DNA of 64,000 nucleotides from positions 32,001 to 96,000 of the IMG/VR virus record IMGVR_UViG_3300032516_000004. One strand, given 5' to 3'. The position numbers were made by a program, and so were the translations under genes. A model generated the notes under the pieces. That model saw only the letters and a program-made list of their open reading frames with translations. It was not told where the DNA came from and searched no databases. The stretch is from a virus. Position 1 is the first letter of the stretch; the number at the start of each line of letters is the position of its first letter. This document shows, in pieces, positions 24,920 to 32,176 of the stretch.

Positions 24920-27900
24920 ATGACAAGTTTAATCCGGGGTAGTATGTATGGGGATCCTAGAGTCCAGGCATCTCGCGAACTACCCCATGGTATGACTCCT
25001 GATTCTATCGAACAACTAGCCTCGAGATTCGAAAATTTCGTGCCCGGTATTTCCAGCTCACAAGGCACAGCATCAAAACAATTCTTTGAAGGTTTGCTGC
25101 CTGAGGGCGCAGAACTGTCACCCAGAACACATCGGCAGGCACAATTCAATATACCGGGTGGCGGCGCATTGAGTAACTTTATTGGTGGAGGGGTTGGGGG
25201 TGGTGGTGGTACCATGGTGACCCCACAACAACCCTACCAGCCAGAGTTCAGCGATCCCTCGAGACAAGCCTATCCCATCCATCGAATTTTGGCTAATCGT
25301 TACTGGCGTTTATTCTATAAGTTAGATCCAACTATTGGCAATTGTGTCGATCTCATGGCCACAATGCCATGGTCAGATTGCCAATTAACAGGTGAAGGGG
25401 TTACCGGTGAAATTAAAGAAGCCTACGAGGAAATGTGGAAAGAGTGTGAGATACTAAAAATTCTTGAATATATGGTTAAGGAATTCTTAGTGGTCGGTGA
25501 AGTGTGTAACCATTGCTTCTTCGATGATTCAAAGGGCATCTGGACCTATGTGGCGCTTCATAATCCTGATCAGCTAGAAGTAATCGATGCCCCATTCATA
25601 AAAATGCAACCGGTAATCGAGTTTATTCCTGACGATCGATTACGAGCAGTTCTTACCTCCAATAATCATCTGTTGCGTCGTATTAGAGAGCAAATGCCTG
25701 CCGAGCTGATCGCTCGTCTAATTGCACGACAAAATATACCGCTTAGCCCTATTAATGCTACTTTTATTCCTCGTCGTTTACATCCCTATGATACTCGTGG
25801 CACCAGCATTATCAGTAGAATGTGGCGGATACTGATGTATGAGGATAGCCAACCACCTGGAACCCCAATTACCAGACCAGATGGCACAAATACACCAATT
25901 GAACAAATATCTATTAATGATCTAATTGTTGGTAAAAACGGTGACATACAAAAAATAACTCATATCTCTGAAAAATACTCAGAAGAACTTATGGAAATTA
26001 AAATTCATGGTGGTTGGACAATTAACTGTACCAAGAGCCATAAATGGCCAATATTCAAAAAGGATAGCTATCGTAGTGGTTCTATAAAAACGCTTGCTTC
26101 AAATATACAGATTGGTGACTATTTATCAATACCTCGACAATTTGTTAAATCTAAGTTAGATAAAAATTCTACTAGTTCCATGGCCAGATTATTGGGTTAT
26201 TATGTGGCCGAGGGATCTAGAACTAATATATCTAGTCAATATAAAGGAAAGACCTATAAATATCACCATGGATTATCCTGGGCTCTATCATTAGATGAAA
26301 AGAACACCTTAGCTAAAGATATTCTTGAAATATGCACTAAAATAAATTGTAGTCCAAAATTTTATGTTGGGAAGTCAAATTTAAGTAGAAATGGCTGTGC
26401 AATACACACTCACAAAAAAGCAGACATCTGGTTAGCTGATTGGATGTTTAGTAATGGAGGTGAACACGCGGCTACAAAACAGCTCTCTCAAATGGTAATG
26501 GGGTGGCCTCTAAAACTTAAACAAGAATTTATTCGTGGTTATTTTAGAGGCGATGGATCATATAATCTATTGTGTAAGCCTAAAACAAAAATAACACAAA
26601 GACGTACAGTTCAAAGCACTGTAAAAGCAGCAACCGTATCATCTGCTCTGGCGTATCAAATACAACTAATCCTTGCCCAATTGGGAATTTTTGCTAAGAT
26701 TAGGGTCTATCAACCACCCAACAATGATGGAAGAAATAGACGAAAAATTAATTATATAGAATGTACTGGTCGTCATGGTGATAAGCTAGCGTCGGTTGTT
26801 TGGGGTAAAGTTAGAGAACGATCTGTTATGGATCACAGATCGCAATCACGTGTTGTTGTAACTAAGACACACATATTGTTACCAATCACCAAGGTGGCCA
26901 TCGAAAAATATGATGGATTAGTCTATAGTCTTGAAACATCTGGTGATCACTCATATTTAAATGCAAATGTCGCAACATATAATTCGATTTATAATGCATC
27001 TATTCAAACGGCTAGAAGACAGAGTAGTCCCTTGAAGATCGCTAAACTAGGAAATCCGCAAACAGGCTGGATTCCCAGCCCTGAACATGAACAACGTCTA
27101 CTACGTTTGTTAGCTCAGGCTGAAATGGATCCTGCGGCATGGATCACGTACCATTACGGGATCCAATTTGAGTTGGTTGGTGTTCAAGAACGAGTAATGA
27201 ACATCAGCCAACACAATGAAGTGATTGAACGGATTAAGTTAGTTGCACTCGGAATTAGTAAAGCGTTCCTATCGGGCGAGGTCACGTATAGCTCGGCCTA
27301 CACGGGTCTTTCAGTTTTCTTGCAACGCATGAAGGCGATGCGTAATTTCTTTGTTAATAGTTGGGTGATCCCCAAGTTCTTTACTCCAATTGCGAAGATG
27401 AACGGTTGGGTGAAGAGTGACAAGGGTGAACTGAACCATCGGTACCGAATTAAGAGATCCCAGCGAGAGATTGAACAACAAAATCGGTACATAATCCCAC
27501 ATATTGAATGGGAAAAACAACTTGACCAGACCATTAATAGTGATTTGGTAAATGCCATGACCTCACTCGAGGGTCTAGGGATCAAGTTCTCCAAGACCAC
27601 CAAGTATGCGGCGGTGAATAAGAAGTTTGAGGAAGAGGTTCGGAAGATCAAGGAAGAGCAAAAATTCGAAATGGAGCTAGCCCCATATATTGCGCCTAGT
27701 CAAGTGGCGGGTGGACCTGGTGCACCCGGTGGTGCTCCACCAATGCCTACTGGAGGAGGGCCACCGGCCCCAATGGGTGGTGAGCCTGAACCAGGCGCTG
27801 GGGCATTACCTCCAGGAGCCATGGGTCCAGGTGCTGAAGCGTCGTCTGATAAAGCGGGGGCAGGTGGTGGTACGGGTCCTTCAGGTAAGAAGGATCCAGC

Positions 27901-28402
27901 AGTTCGTGATATGGAATCCAGTATCTGGGATCGTAAAGGTAGGTCCGGGAATTGGTCGGCGTCAGAAATTCATGAGCTTGATCAGTTGATCCGCGAGGGA
28001 CATACTGACTCACCATTGTGGGGTGATATGGATGGTCCAGCATTTAGAAAGGCTGTGAATTCCCAGGACGCTTGGCAAGTCCTTGAGGTTATTGAAGATC
28101 ACTTGACTGACCATGGATATCCGGCAGATGACATCCGACAACTACGTAGAATTCTCGATGAAGAGGGGGTTCTAAAGGACATATCGACTGGTGATGTAGA
28201 AGTATTAAAGTCTGTTGAACGGAAAATGGATGATAGTGGTACATTAAACGATCAAGATGCCATGGAACGACTATCAGCACAAATAGATGGTGAAAAGACT
28301 GGCACAGTAGAAATGGGAAATCCAGAGTTACTCTACGTTGGTCATGGAAATCAAGATATTGGGTCCTGGAGCGGGGATATTAGTGATAAGATTCCTAGAT
28401 AA
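24920..28402 (+). CDS. Portal protein precursor containing an intein
   Basis: Downstream of terL; extein motifs RYWRLFYKLDPTIGNCVDL, GEV..H, YDTRGTSIISRMWR, AETRR-like ASIQTARR..PLKIAKLG, P.IEWEK typical of large-phage portals; Gly/Pro-rich C-terminal tail. Confidence 0.8.
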   Translation: MTSLIRGSMYGDPRVQASRELPHGMTPDSIEQLASRFENFVPGISSSQGTASKQFFEGLLPEGAELSPRTHRQAQFNIPGGGALSNFIGGGVGGGGGTMVTPQQPYQPEFSDPSRQAYPIHRILANRYWRLFYKLDPTIGNCVDLMATMPWSDCQLTGEGVTGEIKEAYEEMWKECEILKILEYMVKEFLVVGEVCNHCFFDDSKGIWTYVALHNPDQLEVIDAPFIKMQPVIEFIPDDRLRAVLTSNNHLLRRIREQMPAELIARLIARQNIPLSPINATFIPRRLHPYDTRGTSIISRMWRILMYEDSQPPGTPITRPDGTNTPIEQISINDLIVGKNGDIQKITHISEKYSEELMEIKIHGGWTINCTKSHKWPIFKKDSYRSGSIKTLASNIQIGDYLSIPRQFVKSKLDKNSTSSMARLLGYYVAEGSRTNISSQYKGKTYKYHHGLSWALSLDEKNTLAKDILEICTKINCSPKFYVGKSNLSRNGCAIHTHKKADIWLADWMFSNGGEHAATKQLSQMVMGWPLKLKQEFIRGYFRGDGSYNLLCKPKTKITQRRTVQSTVKAATVSSALAYQIQLILAQLGIFAKIRVYQPPNNDGRNRRKINYIECTGRHGDKLASVVWGKVRERSVMDHRSQSRVVVTKTHILLPITKVAIEKYDGLVYSLETSGDHSYLNANVATYNSIYNASIQTARRQSSPLKIAKLGNPQTGWIPSPEHEQRLLRLLAQAEMDPAAWITYHYGIQFELVGVQERVMNISQHNEVIERIKLVALGISKAFLSGEVTYSSAYTGLSVFLQRMKAMRNFFVNSWVIPKFFTPIAKMNGWVKSDKGELNHRYRIKRSQREIEQQNRYIIPHIEWEKQLDQTINSDLVNAMTSLEGLGIKFSKTTKYAAVNKKFEEEVRKIKEEQKFEMELAPYIAPSQVAGGPGAPGGAPPMPTGGGPPAPMGGEPEPGAGALPPGAMGPGAEASSDKAGAGGGTGPSGKKDPAVRDMESSIWDRKGRSGNWSASEIHELDQLIREGHTDSPLWGDMDGPAFRKAVNSQDAWQVLEVIEDHLTDHGYPADDIRQLRRILDEEGVLKDISTGDVEVLKSVERKMDDSGTLNDQDAMERLSAQIDGEKTGTVEMGNPELLYVGHGNQDIGSWSGDISDKIPR
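25847..26983 (+). mobile_element. Intein with LAGLIDADG homing endonuclease (379 aa)
   Basis: Block A SQPPGTPITRPDG...IEQI..NDLIV, block B CTKSHKW, blocks C/E LLGYYVAEGS and FIRGYFRGDGS, block F/G VYSLETSGDHSY...ATYN|S. Confidence 0.9.
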
Positions 28403-28603
28403 TTACTTCTTACGAACATATTCCACAACTCTATACGGGGCATCGTGGCCCATCTTAAATTCTTTAATTTCTTTCATGGCACTTCGTTTTGTGTGATGAA
28501 TCTCATACCCACATTGGTACCACAGTCCCCTACGTTCTCCAGTAATATGGTTAGATTCTTCTCGTGTTTCTACTAAATAAATTTTCATTTTAACATTTAC
28601 CAT
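28403..28603 (-). CDS. Small hypothetical protein
   Basis: Last gene of the minus-strand island; stop codon abuts the portal stop. Confidence 0.55.
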   Translation of the reverse strand: MVNVKMKIYLVETREESNHITGERRGLWYQCGYEIHHTKRSAMKEIKEFKMGHDAPYRVVEYVRKK

Positions 28604-28845
28604 GTTGGATCCTTTACCACAGTCATTGATCTTTTATTACATTCTGGGCATTTATATTCGTATGTTCCCGGTATTTTGGGTGCTGGGGGTGGGTGGTGAT
28701 ATTGATGCCTACATTGTTGCTTGTCGGCGGTGTACGATCCCGCAAACTTAGCTCTTGCTCTGTCTAATAAGATTTTAACCCTATATGGTGGAAGGCTATG
28801 TACCATATTGTGGTTCATATATTCTATTATAGTCGGTAGCATCAT
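28597..28845 (-). CDS. Small Cys/His-rich hypothetical protein (start may be a later Met)
   Basis: CRH.YH.PP...YEYKCPECNK Zn-ribbon-like motif; chained overlaps with neighbours. Confidence 0.55.
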   Translation of the reverse strand: MMLPTIIEYMNHNMVHSLPPYRVKILLDRARAKFAGSYTADKQQCRHQYHHPPPAPKIPGTYEYKCPECNKRSMTVVKDPTW

Positions 28846-29323
28846 TTATGTTTTGGTCTAACATAAATGCCCGATCCCAAGTAAAACTAAATTTGTTGAT
28901 AATGTCGGTAATTAATTTTTTGTCAGTTATTACAATAGAACAGTCAAACATTGTGCTGGGGGACCAATTTCTTCCACCAAGAATTGCTACCGGTTTTGTC
29001 CCATAAATTATTACACATTTAAAATGACTTTTAGGTAATACTCGACAAGTCATTTGATGCCCGATGTGTTTCGAAATGCTCCTTGCTTTCTCAACGCATT
29101 TATCAAATGAAGTATTGGTTTTTAATTTTAGGAAACCATTTTTAGGTGGAGCGCCAATTAACAGTCTACATGGAATATTGCGACCCTTAATCATATTTAA
29201 CATGTTAGACGCTTGTTTATATAGAATAACACCATACGATGCTATGTCCACACGCTTAGCATCTAAAAGCTTATTTTGAATGAATCGCCAATATTCCTGT
29301 TCATCCCAAATAAGTTCAGTCAT
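28796..29323 (-). CDS. Single-domain phospholipase D-fold nuclease-like protein
   Basis: VDIASYG...RLLIG...SHFKCVII......ILGGRNWS is a degenerate HxK(x4)D(x6)GSxN motif. Confidence 0.6.
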   Translation of the reverse strand: MTELIWDEQEYWRFIQNKLLDAKRVDIASYGVILYKQASNMLNMIKGRNIPCRLLIGAPPKNGFLKLKTNTSFDKCVEKARSISKHIGHQMTCRVLPKSHFKCVIIYGTKPVAILGGRNWSPSTMFDCSIVITDKKLITDIINKFSFTWDRAFMLDQNINDATDYNRIYEPQYGT

Positions 29324-29514
29324 TTTGGTTTTTGTAGTTTTTTAATTCCTGTTAAAATCATGTCGTCAGCATCATTTGTTAATAACATATCACCATCTTC
29401 TAACCATGGATTTCTTATCAAAATAGTAATTTTAGTTTCATATGGTCGATCAAACATTTGAGCAATTTTATTTAAATAACCGCTAATCTCTCGATGCGCG
29501 TCTTGTATATTCAT
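29320..29514 (-). CDS. Small hypothetical protein
   Basis: 4-nt overlap with the next gene; ITILIRNP..DGD motif. Confidence 0.6.
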   Translation of the reverse strand: MNIQDAHREISGYLNKIAQMFDRPYETKITILIRNPWLEDGDMLLTNDADDMILTGIKKLQKPK

Positions 29515-29515
29515 T

Positions 29516-29899
29516 CTATTTGTCTTCCGGTATGGTGTGAGTTATAGTGTATTTAGCTTCTGTTAGCGGGTCAGGTTTTAAACCATTATAATTACAGATG
29601 AGACATGGTGTGCTATTCATGATTACACCAATTGGTTTCATAGGGTGTTGATGACGAATCCACCCACCGTCACATTTACATGTTACGTTTCCAGCTCCGA
29701 TTTTATCAATATACTGGGTAACTAATTCTCGATTATTTTCAATCGCCCAACGAAGATCAATGCGTTCTCCCTCAAGGACACCATCAACTATTCCAACCAC
29801 GGCATTAAATAGTTGACTGTCGATTTTAATGGGATCAATACCACGATTAACTAAACCGTTAGTTACGATGTCGATTGCAGCTTGAATGTTTATTGACAT
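29516..29899 (-). CDS. Hypothetical protein with C-terminal Zn finger
   Basis: CKCDGGW...PCLICN; tightly packed in the operon. Confidence 0.6.
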   Translation of the reverse strand: MSINIQAAIDIVTNGLVNRGIDPIKIDSQLFNAVVGIVDGVLEGERIDLRWAIENNRELVTQYIDKIGAGNVTCKCDGGWIRHQHPMKPIGVIMNSTPCLICNYNGLKPDPLTEAKYTITHTIPEDK

Positions 29900-30394
29900 T
29901 TACCACCACGGCCATCTATCGTTAGGTCCGTCAATCCATTGTTCTCTTGGAACGTTCACCAATTGCCCCGCTCGTTTTCTAGCCATTCGTTCAGCCCAAC
30001 AATCCAAATATGGGTGCCGATTCTTTTGGAATAAGTATATAACGATCATATGACCCATATAGGTAACATAAAACAGTAGACCTAACCACAACCATTGCCA
30101 ACAATGTGTGCCCTCGTGAACCACTATTCTAGCAACCGATGCATCATCTTCTGGTCCAACTTCATCACGATAAACCATAAATAAGAATAATCCAACTCCC
30201 GCCCAATCCTTCCAGAGTTTATCATGCCACTTCTTCATCCGATAAGATAAACGAAATTTTACAAACGCACCACATCTACCAGTGTGAATGAAATCACCAG
30301 ACCAATACCCACATAGGGCATAGATCCAACATATCACGAGCGGAGCCACCCAATTAAATGATATGATAAAAAGAGTTGTTTGCCACCAATTCAT
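29900..30394 (-). CDS. Membrane-associated HExxH (zincin-like) protein
   Basis: VVHEGTHCWQ..LG..FY..Y...Y...AE..A; hydrophobic segments. Confidence 0.65.
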   Translation of the reverse strand: MNWWQTTLFIISFNWVAPLVICWIYALCGYWSGDFIHTGRCGAFVKFRLSYRMKKWHDKLWKDWAGVGLFLFMVYRDEVGPEDDASVARIVVHEGTHCWQWLWLGLLFYVTYMGHMIVIYLFQKNRHPYLDCWAERMARKRAGQLVNVPREQWIDGPNDRWPWW

Positions 30395-30396
30395 TG

Positions 30397-30927
30397 TTAT
30401 ACCTCATTACCCCAGTGATCCCAGTTTGAGCGTATTTCCCTTGCGAACATCTCAAGTCTAGGACTTGGACTTATACTTTCAAAATAAGCAAATGCCTCAT
30501 CGGGTTTCTTGCTATGTCGAGTTCTTGTGGCAAATACCACTGATGGCTTTCTATTTATTGGTTTTGGCACCATCGCGGCACCACGTGTACCCAATAGACA
30601 CAGTTCGTGAGATCCCATGATGTATCGACCAAGACCTTTTTGCAATTTCCCATTAGCGCCCATCTTGACCCACGCGATATGAGTTACATACCTAAACCCA
30701 ATGTCTTTCATCACTACCAAGGCATCAGGAAGATGATTTAAGGTCACCCACATCCACAGATGGGCGTCCACATCAACGAAGTCCCAACACGGCGAATTTA
30801 GAATGACACGTACAACGTCTGGGGTACGTAGAAGGTTGTAGTGCTTGTCAGAACCACGTTTTATTTTACCACCACCTGGTTCCCACCACGGTGGATCAAC
30901 TACAACACATTTATACATAATTATCAT
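30397..30927 (-). CDS. MT-A70 family N6-adenine methyltransferase
   Basis: VVVDPPW, HLWMWVT, ELCLLGTRG, HSKKPDE, RLEMFARE. Confidence 0.9.
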   Translation of the reverse strand: MIIMYKCVVVDPPWWEPGGGKIKRGSDKHYNLLRTPDVVRVILNSPCWDFVDVDAHLWMWVTLNHLPDALVVMKDIGFRYVTHIAWVKMGANGKLQKGLGRYIMGSHELCLLGTRGAAMVPKPINRKPSVVFATRTRHSKKPDEAFAYFESISPSPRLEMFAREIRSNWDHWGNEV

Positions 30928-31199
30928 CCACGTTTAAGCTCATCTATTGCTGGATAAGCTTTACCACGTCCTGGTTTTCTAAACCATCCTTTCAAACCAT
31001 CTCTTGGTATATAAGTACCAAAACATCCTTGACCACATATGTCTTCAACATTACGTAATTTACGTGCGGCGTCTATTGTGATTTTACCACAAGCATTACA
31101 AAGCGAAGCCATTACCACCTTATTTTTAATGTGGACATGACCAGATTCATATTCGACGATAGATGACCCACATACCACACAATTTACTGTACTAGCCAT
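30924..31199 (-). CDS. Cys-rich hypothetical protein (ATG 31199 preferred)
   Basis: CVVCG...CNACG...CGQGC; short overlap with the upstream gene. Confidence 0.55.
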   Translation of the reverse strand: MASTVNCVVCGSSIVEYESGHVHIKNKVVMASLCNACGKITIDAARKLRNVEDICGQGCFGTYIPRDGLKGWFRKPGRGKAYPAIDELKRG

Positions 31200-31686
31200 T
31201 TTGCATCCCCGCTCTCTCACCAAGTTCCTTCCTCCACCAATATTGCCCTTCACCTTCTTGGCGAGCCCTAAAATTGGTATATCCTAGAGCCCAACGAATT
31301 GCATTCTTGAGCTGTTTGATTTGTTTCTTATATTCTTTAAGCCTTTTGGTTAAATACAAGTTATCAAATGGTTTTCCTTTGCCATAGAATACTTTGAAGA
31401 ATTCCTGGGCCGACAATTTACCATTATTATCAAATGTGAGGAATGGGACATCAATAAAATAGTCTGATTTTATGGTTGGCAAAATGTCATAGACACACCG
31501 CCATGAACATAGATGTAAATGCTTACATGCGTGATCCTGGGTAAACACTTTGATCTCTAAGTATTCTCGATCATCCTTATTGAAGTCAATTAGTTGCTTA
31601 CACCAATCGCAACCATATGTGGCCTCAGACATGATTTTACGACTTCCACACTTACATGTTTTATATTTTGCCTCTTTTATAAGCAT
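31192..31686 (-). CDS. Cys-rich hypothetical protein (ATG 31686 preferred)
   Basis: GGAGG SD before ATG; CKC, CDWC, HLCSWRC motifs. Confidence 0.6.
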   Translation of the reverse strand: MLIKEAKYKTCKCGSRKIMSEATYGCDWCKQLIDFNKDDREYLEIKVFTQDHACKHLHLCSWRCVYDILPTIKSDYFIDVPFLTFDNNGKLSAQEFFKVFYGKGKPFDNLYLTKRLKEYKKQIKQLKNAIRWALGYTNFRARQEGEGQYWWRKELGERAGMQNG

Positions 31687-31722
31687 ATGACCTCCAAATA
31701 TAGGGAATTGCAAATTTTGTGC

Positions 31723-31935
31723 CTATGTCTCCCTATCATATTTCTTACAAGTATGGATTCGACCGTTTTGGTTAGCTAATCTCCAACCTCGTTCAGTTAC
31801 CACCCACTTTAAATATTTATGACCACAATATCTACATGTAAATGACCGTGGATATTGATCTTCTTGTTCACATTCCCATTCATTGTCCCAATTGTCCAGG
31901 GCATCATTGATAGCGTCGTCTGCCATATCGCCCAT
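31723..31935 (-). CDS. Small hypothetical protein, first gene of the inverted island
   Basis: MGDMADD...TCRYCG...W...W.L, a common small phage protein pattern. Confidence 0.6.
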   Translation of the reverse strand: MGDMADDAINDALDNWDNEWECEQEDQYPRSFTCRYCGHKYLKWVVTERGWRLANQNGRIHTCKKYDRET

Positions 31936-31968
31936 ATCCAGATATAGTTCTCCAGTAATTCTAATATA

Positions 31969-31996
31969 TTGCTAGCATGCCTGTAAGCTCTACTAT
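31969..31996 (+). promoter_or_regulatory. Sigma70-like promoter TTGCTA-N16-TACTAT
   Basis: In the divergent intergenic region; similar element at 40209-40236; predicts a transcript start near 32003. Confidence 0.5.
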
Positions 31997-32002
31997 TTTA
32001 TG

Positions 32003-32176
32003 CTTGATGGTTTAGTGCCACCGCTAGACTATTTAGTTTCACCCCCACTTGGTGGGGCGGCTGCTTCGGCAGTATATAAACTGTTCCCAGCCCGCAATTT
32101 CGCGAGCTGTAGAACAAGGTGGGATAACACCCGTACCCTTGGCATAGGGTACAAACGATCGAGGGGCTGCTCGTGT
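32003..32176 (+). ncRNA. Highly structured RNA/leader, omegaRNA(HEARO)-like candidate
   Basis: At least six hairpins in ~150 nt including a cUUCGg tetraloop; 79/140 G+C in 32041-32180 by hand count in an AT-rich genome; directly precedes a PLMP-like domain. Confidence 0.6.

Noticed and set aside
32000-32176. ORF-track N-terminal extension (MLDGLVPP...) of the 32000-33109 ORF
   Set aside because: ATG 32000 lies only 3 nt after the predicted -10 hexamer, has no SD, and the extension runs through a hairpin-dense RNA; ATG 32177 and 32357 both have SDs.
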